This document shows positions 35,811-47,263 of a stretch of DNA of 64,000 nucleotides, piece by piece (position 1 is the stretch's first letter; every line of letters begins with the position of its first letter). The DNA comes from Neodothiora populina (lineage: Eukaryota). A program made the translations under genes and the position numbers. The notes under the pieces are model-generated. The model was not told the DNA's origin, ran no database searches, and worked only from the letters and a program-made list of their open reading frames with translations. The stretch covers positions 558,001 to 622,000 of the forward strand of contig NW_027191410.1 of the NCBI RefSeq assembly GCF_041146345.1, given 5' to 3'.

Positions 35811-36773
35811 GTAGCTGGGGCATCTCGAACAGACTGCGTTCAGTCCTGCCTCGGCACTGTCTGGAGACAAGGATACCATTAGCCAGCGGCACGGGATGGA
35901 TGGCAAGAGTAGGTTCATATGGAAGGTTGACAGACGGTAAAACATGTACACGTAGCATGGCACAACGTGTCTGCCGCCCTACTGAGATCGACAATGGAGC
36001 CACTTGCCGTGAAATGTATCTTAGCCGTCCAGCTGACTCTCAAGGGACTACGGCACATCAGACATATGGATACCTACAAAATCTGACTTTAAGAGCCAGA
36101 TCTGGCAACTACAAGCCAGGCTGCGAAACGTCAGTATTGTACGTACAAACAAAAACTCTGCAGATGTTAAGGAACACGGAGTGAGGTCCAATCTCCGGCG
36201 TCTGAGACCCCTGCACTTTTTCCCAGACTGTCAATCCCACCACCCGTCATAATTCCCTGCGACGTGACTGGACCATTATGGACACTAGCCTTCAGAGTCC
36301 ACTTTCAGAGGCTAAACTCACGTCGACCATCTGCCGTTAACACAGGAGAGTAACCCATAAGTAAGGATTCTTCCCATCGGGCCATCGGGTCGTGATCACG
36401 GCATTTCATACATCTTCTTTGCCCTCGAATAAGCCCTCTCGAACGGGCCCTGATCTATATTGACAAGCATGAAACTAAACAACGTAATTTGTGGGGACCC
36501 ATGGGGCAGTCATTCATGGAGTAGTGTACCGTAGATCAATGCACTGTCATCCCAACCCCGACACATTTATCTGGCCATGGCCACATCGAATCCGATACGG
36601 CTTGCCACTTCTCTTTTCTTCATTGCCATTGCTCTCCACCTCGCTTTGCAACAGACTAGTAGGTCGACTGGCTGGTTCACCTCGTGTAACAAACATCAAG
36701 TCTGCTCTCAAATTTCGATTTCTTGCATTGACGAGGCTCCCTTTCCCTTATCCTCTTCCACGAGCGGGACGAC

Positions 36774-38601
36774 ATGTCCAACATGGCCGAGAAAGATGGC
36801 ACCCAGCGTCACGACTTTGTGAGCCAGTCGTCAGATCACGCGAGAGTCGCTGATGACGCTTCCATGTCCAAAGCCGATAGCGAGAAGCTCGATGATGTTG
36901 AGCTGGGTCCCAAAGCAACATATATCAACACTGGTGCTGCAGCGGGTCTGCCCCAGGAGCATCGAGACTACCTCCTTGCTCGACATGGTACTCTAGATCT
37001 AGATCCGGTCCCCGATATGGGGGATCAAGATCCGTATAACTGGCCGACGTGGAAGGTCCGATTATCTAACAAGACATACTGCGTCTTGAGACCGGTCATG
37101 CTGACTTGTAACATAGAAAACTACAAATTTGGTACTTGTTGCCTTGGGTGCAATGGTAGCCACAATGAATGCTGCAGCTATCATTCCGGCATATGAGGAT
37201 TTGTCAGAGGCACTCGGGGTCAGTCTGCAGCGCACATCCTACCTCACGTCACTGCAGATTGCAATCTTGGGTGGAGGTCCACTGTTCTGGAAACCCATAT
37301 CCAATCGTTACGGACGCCGCCCTGTTTGGTTCATTTCGTTTCTCTGCGCCTGTCTCTTCAATGTTGGATGTGCACTCAGCACAAGCTACGCTGCCATGGC
37401 AACCTGCAGGGCCTTTGTAGCCTTCTTCCAGAGCCCCCCTGGTGCTATCGGAACAGGTGTCGTGACGGAAAGTTTCTTCAAGAAGGAGAGAGGCAAGTAT
37501 GTTGGTGTATGGGCCATGCTGGTGACCCTGGGTGTACCGGTTGGGCCGTTTCTCTTTGGGTTTGTGACTTACCGTGTCGGATATGTATGGATATACTGGG
37601 CCCTTGCTATCGTAAGTTGCTTGCTTGAGAGTTGCCACGTATACCCGACAATGCAAACTAACTAAGACTTCTACAGTGCAGTGGAGTTCAATTCATACTA
37701 GCAATATTCTTGATGCCTGAGACACGCTACATCCGTCAAGGAGTTCAGCACTATGGCTCTGCGTTCAAGCAAGAATACATGCAATTCCGATGCATCGACC
37801 CGACCCCCTTCTCAGCCTACGAGTTCATCCAGCCGCTGTCACTCTTCAAGTATCCTTCCGTCGCTATCCCGATCGTAGCGTACGCCATGGTATTCCTCTT
37901 TGCCAGCGTCATGACCACAGTCGAGATCCCGCAACTCTTCCTTCCCAAATTCGGTCTCAACCCCCAAGAAATCGGTCTGCAATTCCTAGGCATCATCATC
38001 GGCACAATTATCGGCGAACAACTCGGCGGCGCCCTGTCAGACTACTGGATGAAGCGCCACGGTCGCCAGATCAATGCCGCCCCCGCACCCGAGTATCGCC
38101 TCTGGCTTTCATACGGCGGCTTCGCCCTGACCATCTGCGGTCTCGTCGTGTTCCTGGTCCAGACCGCGCACGCGACCCATGGCCACTGGAACGTGACTCC
38201 CATTGTGGGCGTCGGTATCGCTGCGGCAGGCAATCAAATCGTCACTACTGTTCTCGTCACTTATGCCATTGACTCGCACCCGGAGCAGAGCAACAACATC
38301 GGCGTATTCGTCAATGTCGTCCGTCAAACCTGTAAGTTGATTTCTCCAAACCCAAACCCCCCTTCTCCCAGCACCCGCCACGAAAGAAAAGGCTCAGAAA
38401 AGCTAATACAAAGAAACAGGGGGTTTCCTCGGCCCCTTCTGGCTCCCAGACATGTTCGCGACAGTAGGCACAGCGGGGAGCGCAGGCGTAGTGGTCGCCA
38501 TGATCATTGGCGTCAGCGTTATCCCAACTATTTATCTACACTGCAGAGGCGAGCGGTGGAGGGATGCGAAGAGGGCGCGTCATGAAGCTAGGGGCCAGTA
38601 G
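36774..38601 (+). CDS. MFS transporter, DHA1-like (introns 37056-37116, 37612-37676, 38332-38419)
   Basis: HGTLDLDPVP...DPYNWPTWK, LFWKPISNRYGRRPV, FFKKERGKYVGVW, PETRY, PEYRLWL; multiple hydrophobic helices; spliced frame ends at TAG 38599-38601. Confidence 0.88.
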
Positions 38602-39761
38602 TTTGAACATGAATAGTCTCGGTTCGGGTTTGGGGGGACAGGGAGGTTAGTGAGATAGTGAAATTGACGACACGAATTTTGCGCAATGATCCGAGAGCAT
38701 GTCTGCTGCATCCTGGGAACATAAACCCGAAGCTGGAAGTGAACGTATATCCCGCATATCATATCCCGCATAAAATATCGAGATATTGTTATTCCAGAGC
38801 ATCAGGACCATTATCATCTATATGTACATCTGGCATGCCTGCGTGAGGTCCTCGATCAACAGGGTCGCCCCCAGCTTGTTTCCTGCCTTTGACTTGCCTA
38901 CCTTGTCGAAAGATACAAGAAGGGCCTAGCCTCGAAAGGACAAGCCGCAGCAAATAAAAAGAAGCCACACGAGAGTCATCAGGCCAGAAAAGTGAGACAC
39001 ATACCGTACATGCACATGAATTCCCAGACAGGAATGCATAGAGCTACCAGCGGGATCAGGCGGTCGCGTAAGACCATTCGGCAGCCCCGACCAGCTTTCA
39101 CCAGCGCAGTAGCTGTTTCAATGAACCAAGTACGACTGAGGCAAGAATGCTGGAACCAATACACCCGCCAACATGTACACTATAGAAACGACGAAACTCG
39201 AGCTCGAGAAGGTTCGGATGAAAAAAAAGAGTAAGAAGAGTAAGAAGGATTTGTTCTTCTTGCTATATACATATACATTCACCAGGTGGGGGGCGCGGGA
39301 GGGGTATCTTGTTCTGGAAACGAGGAAATGAAGTAGTAAGAATGGGAAGGAAGAGAGACGAACGCGCGCGCGACGGAGAGGGAGGGGCGGTAGGGAAAGG
39401 AAGAAGCAGACCAATCGCTGGCAACAAGAGACAGACGCACGTTGGTGGTGAGTCTCTTTTCTTTTCTTTCCTTCCCTTCCGCGACACTCGGTAGCGTTCG
39501 AGAACAAGCAACAAGTGACAAAAACAGATCAAAAGCCGAAAAAGAGGGAAGAAATCAAGATCCGCTCCTCGCTGTGTATTTCGCCATCACCACCCGTCAT
39601 ATACAATACTGCGCCGGTTTGCCATGCATTAAGTTTATGCGATATCGAGAAGCCGAGAAACCGCAGCTATTGCCCGTGCCAGGAAGTGGTTTGTATGAAG
39701 GACCACTAGAGCTCTCATCTCATCTCTCTAGGATATATTGCTGTTGTGAGATCCTGTCTCC

Positions 39762-42032
39762 TCAGCTATATCCTGAGCCCCATCCTTTCTGATGAGCAGG
39801 ATGGTCTCGGCTCAGTACAAGTGGATTTCGTAATGGCGTAGGCTTCCCGAACTCGACTGCATGACCATTCCTCACAGGAGTTTGTTGCAAATTGCTGATC
39901 TCAATGCCGCTATCCTTCTCACTTCCGCATTCAACGAAACTCCCACTCTGTCGCGAAGAAGTATAGCTGTCGCCTGGTCGGAGAGCGAAATATCCACCCA
40001 TGGCTTCGGCAACAAGATTGTCGACATTCAATATATCATCGTCTGCCTCGTACTCATCTTGAACGGAAGCCTCTTCCTCATCTGATTCCTCGTCGATTTC
40101 CGCATCAATCTCCTCATCGTCATCGTCCGTCAGTATCCGACCTCCGAGCGGCACATCTGATGGCACCTGATATTCCAGCGCTTTCTGACCGGACTTGATA
40201 AGATCCTCGGTAAAGGCCAAGCAGCGTTGGAGACTACTGTTCATTCTCTGCGTGTCGAGAAGCAGTTCTCGATGCCTGTCCAGGTCCAAGCGTAGGCGCT
40301 CCTCGTCAATGGCCCTTTGTTTAGCATTCTTGTCGGCTTCAGCCTTGGGAGAGAGCGGCGGGGCGGAAGAGTTGATCGAGTCGTCGTCTTCGCTCGAATG
40401 GTCCTCGGCAAGTTCCGACATGAACGGACTCGATGATCTTCCTATTGAGTCCCTAAAGTCGGGCAATCGATCGTCGCCTTCTTCGTCGAGAGTTGACATG
40501 CGATCAGCAGCCAGGCTATCTCTAGCAGGGACATTGAACTGACCGGCGCGACTCAGGCGACGATATCGTTTTAATTCGGTCTTCTGCTTTCGAATCTCAC
40601 GCTCTAGCGACTTGTTGATCGCCAAAAGAGAAGAATTCGAAATTTCCAGATCCAGAACTTTCCTCTCTCGCCGAGCTTCGGCTGCGAGATCGGGTATAGA
40701 TTTTGTGGGGCCATGCGTATTCTCGTCCGTCGGGGATCTTACCTGGGAACCAGCCCCTTGGTCAGTCGTGCCCGTAGTACTAGAATTCGAAGGGACGCCA
40801 TAGGCGTCATGGTAAGCGGGTGCGGTAGGAGGGCGTCCGCTGGTTGCAACATTCACATCTGAAGCGGGCCCGCGTGCCTGAGCCGGGCTTCCTGTGTCGA
40901 TAGATGACAGGCTCTGGGATTTGGAATGCACACTCCTTGCAGGTCGATAGGCGGGGTTGCTCGGTTGCAATTGTGAGCCTTGCACTGAGATGGGATTTCT
41001 TCCCGATATCGAAGATGCTGGAGATCTAGTTGTGCCTGAACCAACAAGGTGTGAAGCAGACAATCCTTGCCGTTGTGGTAGATGTGCGGTGTCTCTTGAG
41101 GGAGATCGCGGGCGGTACGACGGTGAATTCACGGCGGAGCTCACCGCATTGAAGGACTTGGACGACACGGCACTTAAAGGTGGAGATGCCGGGGATGCTT
41201 GCCGGGCGTCATATGGAGAGGGCGGTATAGTGATGTGCGGCGACCGCCTGTCCGGGGTGACATAGAGATCCGGAGAGAGGGTACGACCAATTGGTCTTCT
41301 GACCCTGTTTGTTTCATCGTTGGCGTGCAGGAAAGGCGCGGCTTTGCGCGGAGCGAGTCTGTCTGGCCGCTTCTGTTGAGTGGTGGCAGTGGGTTGAGGT
41401 TTGACCTGATCCGCGTGGAAGAACATGGGACCAGTGGCATCCTTGCTGGGCTTCTGCGCTGCATGGAGCTGCCCCAGCCCTTGTGCCAAAGTGGATGCCT
41501 GACTTCTCACCGTCGGTTGGCTTCGCGAGGCATCTCTGCCGTTCACCAGACTCTTAGGCCGTGATAAATTTAGTGTAGGCCGGGCATCTTCGACAGAGCG
41601 ACGCTGCACCACGGGCTCGCTGACACCGGGGCTTAGTAATTTTGGCCTGATATAACTTGGTGTATCATCGCCAGCGACCGGGGTATTGTCCGTACTGTCG
41701 ACTCTTGACTTTCGAGTAGATGAACGTGGCGTAACGTTGTCCGCAAGCAACGATTTGGCAGGAGTCGATGCATCTTCGAGCAGTGACGGTTGGAGGGAAG
41801 GAGCGTGACTTCCGCTTTTGTGCGTCGAACTTCCAGATATTATACTACTACCACCTACCGCTACTCTTGGCGCGGCGACCCTGGGGAAGGTGTTACTGCT
41901 CGAGACCGAAGTACAGCTGGCATTTGTGGCAAGTCTAGGGGCCACTGGTGTTCTGGCGGTGCGGTGCGAAGCAAGAGCGGGTTTCAAGGGCCGGCCTTGA
42001 TGCGTTGCGTTTGTTTGTCTGTTTGATGCCAT
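39762..42032 (-). CDS. Uncharacterised protein: Ser/Pro-rich IDR, central coiled coil, acidic tail
   Basis: 756-aa ATG-initiated ORF; conserved-looking block EARRERKVLDLEISNSSLLAINKSLEREIRKQKTELKRYRRLSR and DEERLRLDLDRHRELLLDTQRMNSSLQRCL. Confidence 0.8.
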   Translation of the reverse strand: MASNRQTNATHQGRPLKPALASHRTARTPVAPRLATNASCTSVSSSNTFPRVAAPRVAVGGSSIISGSSTHKSGSHAPSLQPSLLEDASTPAKSLLADNVTPRSSTRKSRVDSTDNTPVAGDDTPSYIRPKLLSPGVSEPVVQRRSVEDARPTLNLSRPKSLVNGRDASRSQPTVRSQASTLAQGLGQLHAAQKPSKDATGPMFFHADQVKPQPTATTQQKRPDRLAPRKAAPFLHANDETNRVRRPIGRTLSPDLYVTPDRRSPHITIPPSPYDARQASPASPPLSAVSSKSFNAVSSAVNSPSYRPRSPSRDTAHLPQRQGLSASHLVGSGTTRSPASSISGRNPISVQGSQLQPSNPAYRPARSVHSKSQSLSSIDTGSPAQARGPASDVNVATSGRPPTAPAYHDAYGVPSNSSTTGTTDQGAGSQVRSPTDENTHGPTKSIPDLAAEARRERKVLDLEISNSSLLAINKSLEREIRKQKTELKRYRRLSRAGQFNVPARDSLAADRMSTLDEEGDDRLPDFRDSIGRSSSPFMSELAEDHSSEDDDSINSSAPPLSPKAEADKNAKQRAIDEERLRLDLDRHRELLLDTQRMNSSLQRCLAFTEDLIKSGQKALEYQVPSDVPLGGRILTDDDDEEIDAEIDEESDEEEASVQDEYEADDDILNVDNLVAEAMGGYFALRPGDSYTSSRQSGSFVECGSEKDSGIEISNLQQTPVRNGHAVEFGKPTPLRNPLVLSRDHPAHQKGWGSGYS

Positions 42033-42844
42033 TTACGGCGACCAGCACCCCGGTGTCAATGGCGAAGGCGGACGACTAATGGTATTTGGCACGGTGACTA
42101 CTACGACTGCCGGCAGGAGGCAGGACTGGGAATGGGACTGCAGAACTGTTGCTCGACTTGCACTTGCACAGACGGCCCTTTGGTCGGAATCATTTCGCAT
42201 CTGCTTTCTGCAATGCTGGGAGTGTGGCTGGGGGGCAGGTTATCCTTTGCTATGCTGTTGTGGTGGTGGTTGACATGTGAATAGAATATACTTGGAGGGT
42301 CTATCTGACTTGTCGTCGTGAGTGGTTTAACCCTATTGCCCCTCGAGGACTTGGTCGGTGTGTCTATGTGTCTCAGAAACCCGTCCTCTCTCACAAAGGG
42401 CCAATGTTCTGCAAGAACAAGAGCCATGTTTGGGTTATGCGACGTTCACAGCCACTAAACTCCACGCCGCCACCGGCCCGCCCAGTGGAAAGGGTGCTTC
42501 AGGTGCCCTGAGGCAGTGAAAAGAACGTCCAGTAGAGGACCCGGCACTGCCCTAAAGGGTACGATGTTGATTAATCGTTTTCACCGTGTTACTGTGCACT
42601 GACAAAACGATGTTTAGTCCTTGATCCCAAGCCTTCTATCGATAAGCTATTCTTTATTGCAGTACCGCTGCAGTGCTGCACGGTGCTGTGTGCTCGTTAC
42701 AAGCAAGTCCATGTTTGAGATTTTTCCCACCGCCAGACTTTTACTCTCAGTGCTACAGCATGCCTCTTCTGTTACGAAGCACTTGTGCGTGTGTTCACCC
42801 CCGTCACCGCCTTTCGGGCTTGTCAGAGCAACACACTGCACAAT

Positions 42845-42906
42845 GACGCGCTAGAGCGGAACCGCCAACAATTAGCCTCTCGCGTGGCGAACACTTTTGT
42901 CGCGTC
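42845..42906. promoter_or_regulatory. MCB-like element cluster upstream of Pol kappa
   Basis: ACGCGC (42846), TCGCGT (42880 and 42900). Confidence 0.4.
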
Positions 42907-43071
42907 TGCCTGTCACAGGACTGTGATTCCCCAGATCGCTCTCCACAGTCCAGCGTCGACTCGCATAGGCTAAATTATTACGTCTTGACTTCTAGAAGAC
43001 TCAAACATCTGGATCTGTTTCCTCTACTGCATGTATCACCTGTCATACACGGCCGACTCCGATGGACAGGC

Positions 43072-45048
43072 ATGAACGCTCCAGACAAAGGCTCCGTCAC
43101 TGCCTACGTCGATGATCAAGGCGGCGCTGCGCCAGACTCGAGCCACTCGACTCTCAAATACCACTTGCTTGGGCCATCACTCACCAAGTCAGGTCAAGAT
43201 AATGTCGATCAACAGAAAGTCTCCGAGATCATTTACAATGCGTCCAAGGGCAGCAAGTTCTTCAACAACGAAGAGAACCGCGACAAAAACCTTACTGTCA
43301 AAATCAATCACATCCTCGCCAAAAAGCGACAATTAGAGAACCTTGATCTCAAGTCTGACCTGCGCAAGGCCGATGACTACATTGCCGAACTTGAGCTCAC
43401 GCGAGATCTTACCCAGCATATCGTGCACATCGATTGCGACGCCTTTTATGCCGCCGTGGAAGAGCTAGATCACCCCGAACTGAAAGACGTTCCCTTCGCC
43501 GTGGGAAAGGGCGTTCTAACAACATGCAATTATCATGCCCGCAAGTTTGGCTGTAGAAGTGGCATGGCCGGCTTCGTAGCCGACAAGCTATGTCCGGGCC
43601 TGGTCCATCTGCCTCTGAACTTCGAAAAGTACACAGCCAAGGCGAAGGAAGTGCGCGCCGTGCTGGAGCAATACGACCCTCGTTTTGAGAGTGCAAGTAT
43701 CGACGAAGCATACCTGAACATCACCAACTATTGCGAAGAGCGATCCATGACGCCAGAGGATGTGGTCAGCCAGGTGAGAGCCGAGGTGTTTGAGAAATGT
43801 AGCATCACTATAAGTGCTGGCATCGCAGCTAATGCGCGGCTGGCGAAGATCTGCTCAGACAAAAACAAACCCAATGGCCAGTTCAAGCTCGCTTCTGACC
43901 GTGTTACGATCATGGCGTTCATGCGCGCACTGCCCACGCGGAAAGTCAATGGAATCGGAAGAGTTTTCGAAAGAGAACTCGATGCCATTGGTGTGAAAAC
44001 GTGCGGTGACATCTTCTCGCAGCGCGCTTATCTGTCGAAGCTCTTTGGTGAAAAGGCCTCTCATTTCCTCATGGGTGTGCATCTTGGGCTTGGAAGGACT
44101 TCTGTTCAACCGGCAGAGGAGCATGAACGCAAGAGTGTGGGGACTGAGAGCACCTTCAAGGATATGTCGGATCCCCAAGAGCTTCGTGAAAAGCTTCGCT
44201 GGATCGCTGAGGAACTCGAAAAAGATTGCGGCAGAACGCAATTCAAAGGCAGAACGCTCGTCCTCAAAATCAAATTGCATACCTACGAGGTCTTGACGAG
44301 GCAGGTCGCACCTCATAAGGCTGTTCACAAAGCCGACGACCTGTACAAATTCTCCTTGCCGATGCTTTCCAAGCTGGAAAAGGAGTTTCCCAACATGACT
44401 TTACGACTTATGGGCTTACGCATCACGCATCTTGTCAGTATGAAGAAACCAAATCTGGACTTCTTTGGCCGGCAACAGTCATCGGGAGGAGGTTCTAGAC
44501 CACAATCTGCTCACCTGGATGAAGATGGATGGGAAAGGTGGCCGGATGTCGAATTTGAGGAAGCTGCACGTCAGGAGCAGCAAGAGGAATTGGAGGAGCT
44601 GGAGCGTCTCAGTCAGGAACACGATGTGCAGAGAGACGACACTGCAGGACAGAACCTTGGGGCAGATAAAGACAAGGAGCGACAAGCATTTGAGACTCGA
44701 AAACACGACAACGGGTTCGCATGGCGGCTTCTGCTCGAGGAGGAACGAGCGAAAGAGCAAGCTGAGGCGGCGCAGCACCAACAACAGGAAGAGAAGTGGG
44801 ACTGCCCCATCTGTGGACTTCCACAAGTGGCCGAGGACAGGAGCTTCAATGTTCACATTGATGCTTGTCTCAGTAAGCAGACCATCAAAGAGATTGTGAA
44901 GACGTCGTCCCGATCGGCATCTCCTGATCTACGGCCAAGAGATCCAAGCCATGTTGCTAAGAAGCGAGGACGTGGACCAGGCGGTCCGGAAGAATACGTC
45001 CAGCAGGAGAACAAGAAGCCCAAGAAAGCCTTCTTTACGCGAAATTGA
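43072..45048 (+). CDS. DNA polymerase kappa (Y-family, DinB homologue) with C-terminal UBZ zinc finger
   Basis: N-clasp IIYNASKGSKFF; HIDCDAFYAAVE; TTCNYHARKFG; SIDEAYL; KICSDKNKPNG; RKSVGTESTF; CPIC...HIDAC; terminal KKAFF (PIP-like). Confidence 0.93.
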   Translation: MNAPDKGSVTAYVDDQGGAAPDSSHSTLKYHLLGPSLTKSGQDNVDQQKVSEIIYNASKGSKFFNNEENRDKNLTVKINHILAKKRQLENLDLKSDLRKADDYIAELELTRDLTQHIVHIDCDAFYAAVEELDHPELKDVPFAVGKGVLTTCNYHARKFGCRSGMAGFVADKLCPGLVHLPLNFEKYTAKAKEVRAVLEQYDPRFESASIDEAYLNITNYCEERSMTPEDVVSQVRAEVFEKCSITISAGIAANARLAKICSDKNKPNGQFKLASDRVTIMAFMRALPTRKVNGIGRVFERELDAIGVKTCGDIFSQRAYLSKLFGEKASHFLMGVHLGLGRTSVQPAEEHERKSVGTESTFKDMSDPQELREKLRWIAEELEKDCGRTQFKGRTLVLKIKLHTYEVLTRQVAPHKAVHKADDLYKFSLPMLSKLEKEFPNMTLRLMGLRITHLVSMKKPNLDFFGRQQSSGGGSRPQSAHLDEDGWERWPDVEFEEAARQEQQEELEELERLSQEHDVQRDDTAGQNLGADKDKERQAFETRKHDNGFAWRLLLEEERAKEQAEAAQHQQQEEKWDCPICGLPQVAEDRSFNVHIDACLSKQTIKEIVKTSSRSASPDLRPRDPSHVAKKRGRGPGGPEEYVQQENKKPKKAFFTRN

Positions 45049-45207
45049 GATGGGAGTCGACTTCATCACGAAAAGCAGATCCAAAATTTAGGATATCGAA
45101 GCATGTCATGTCTTCACAATTGTAGAACTCACGAAAGTCTGACAATAGTGCATGTGTGATTCGAAAGTTCATGGGTCAACTTCCCCCCCGGCGCATTCAG
45201 CAATACG

Positions 45208-45303
45208 TCTTTGTTGGTCTAGTGGTCATGATTTCCGCTTGTCATTTCGGAACTCTTCGATTTACAAGCGCGGGAGACCGGGGTTGGATTCCCCGACAGA
45301 GAG
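45208..45303 (+). tRNA. tRNA-Asp(GTC) with a 24-nt intron (45245-45268); T-loop C56->G variant, possibly a pseudo-tRNA
   Basis: Acceptor TCTTTGT/ACAGAGA with G73; D-arm GTCTAGTGGTCATGAT; anticodon arm TCCGC-TTGTCA[intron]C-GCGGG; T-arm CGGGG-TTGGATT-CCCCG; oligo-T tract at about 45340-45348. Confidence 0.88.
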
Positions 45304-46960
45304 TTGCGTGCAGTGCCTACATCATGTCAGACATCTACATTTTTTTTTCATGTACACTCCATTTTTGGCGTTCTTTCTCACTGAAGGCGCTTACTTGTGA
45401 TATTCTAGTCAATGCTCGGACTAGAAGAGTTGCTTGGGTGCTGCGGTATGCAATTGGCTGGCACCATATATCATACCTTGCATTATACCCTACTGTTAAT
45501 GATGTTACGCTCAGGCAGCCTTCGGATACGAACGGCAGGAGTGCTAGCACAGTACAGGTAGTAATCGCTTAACCGTTGCATTGCGCGCGCAGGCATGTAA
45601 GGTACCTACAGTAAGGTATGCATGAATCGTATCGGGGCGCGCCATGCCTCGCCAATTTCAAATAGCTCGATATAGTGACGTGGGTACAACTGCAACACAA
45701 TACTTCTCTGCTCCGCTTGTCAATCGTTCAAACGGTTTACGTTTTCGTCCATGGAACAATAAAAACCCGGGCTGGGTCGTTTTTTGTACAAGATGAGCTG
45801 ACACCGCCTGCTGCAAGACTGCCGGGTGGGTATCGATAGTCGTACTAAGAAGCAACGATCCCCCAGTTGATAATTGAGCAACAAGACGACGTGGTTGGCT
45901 GAACGGCTTCGACCCGTCCACTCTTTTGTCTACCTTTGGTCACAGTGTCGTCAAGGGAAGAGGCACAAGTCACTGATCCGGTCTTCCTTCCAGAGCAGTG
46001 GTCGCGCGGGTGGGATTCTACGTATTCGTTCTTACGTGATGGGAACACTCTGATGCATGGATTGAGTATGCACGGCGGTGACACTTTTTACTTTCAAAGT
46101 TCGGTACCATGGCTTCAGGAACATCAACCCAGTCGACCGTGCATGGGCAAGCGAAAAGGCCCCATTCGCTCCGCGTGCATCAGCGATTGGCTGGCTGGCT
46201 GGCTCAGGGTATGGAGTTGTACTGTGCATCTCGTGATTCGCCCTGCAAACAGGGTCATGAGGGGCAAGCGAGAATGGCATTCCAAGTACAAGCCTCAGAC
46301 ACAGAAACTTCGCGCCCGTAATCTTGAGTGAGGAAAGTATAAGTATACAATACCTGCTTTGAGCACAAAGTCACGGTCAACAATGAACCATGTTTCGCGA
46401 GCATGAGGAGCTGAGGCACAACTTCGACCGTTTTAGGATTGGCGTGTCGAGTCCCCGCGCGACAACCCTGGTGACTTTGGCGACCAGCTGCTGCTGCTTG
46501 CTTTGGCTGGTACAGTACCTTACGAAATCATACAAGCATTGGACTAGGTAGTGGAGAGAGGTACGGTAGGGTATACTCGTGGTGACAGTGACCAGGTTTC
46601 CCAATACCTCATGATACTTGTCAAGCAAGATACGGGCATTGTTGTCTCTCGGTTGATCATGGGTGGCACACGAGAAATGGAAATGCATCAGCCATCGGGC
46701 AGGTCGGTGGAGCCAGCGTGTAGCATGCAGGAGACGGTTGGCTGTACTGGGCTGTAGTGAAACCGGGAGTCAGTAGTTGCTCTTCTGAAGGATCTGTGAC
46801 CTGGTGCTCTGACGCACAGTAGTAGATAAGATAGCAACTAGCACGGTAGTACTCGTACAGCACCGTACAGTAGTAGCAGGTGTAGTCAGTGGTTCTCTCT
46901 CGAGCAGATATTCAACACAAATTTAGGCGGAGATTCGGCAGAGCTTCTTCCCATGTAACC

Positions 46961-46966
46961 ACGCGT
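46961..46966. promoter_or_regulatory. Perfect MCB element (ACGCGT) upstream of CAC2
   Basis: ACGCGT about 300 bp before the CAC2 ATG. Confidence 0.35.
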
Positions 46967-47263
46967 GATCGATTGTCGTCTGGGCGCACCGTAACTCACT
47001 GAACTTTACTGTAGCAGTCTGCTTATGCTGCTTTTGTAACCTCTGCCTTTTGCTCTGGAGTCACTACCCTGCCTGACTGAAGCTGTTGCTTGCTCAAGCT
47101 CGATCGACTTCTGCAATCAATTTCCGCCATTTGGAATCTCTGTCAAACCCCCATCTCCCAGGCCTTTGAATTGCAAAAAAGATACACTTCCCCCACGAAT
47201 TGCTGCTGCCGATAACTATTCCGTATATCTTCCTGGCTCGGAGCCAGCTGCTGCTTCGCCGAG

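Noticed and set aside
45660..46700. Short ORFs and a GGGCAAGCGA direct repeat between the tRNA and CAC2
   Set aside because: No coherent protein, terminal repeats or target-site duplication; insufficient to call a gene or mobile element.
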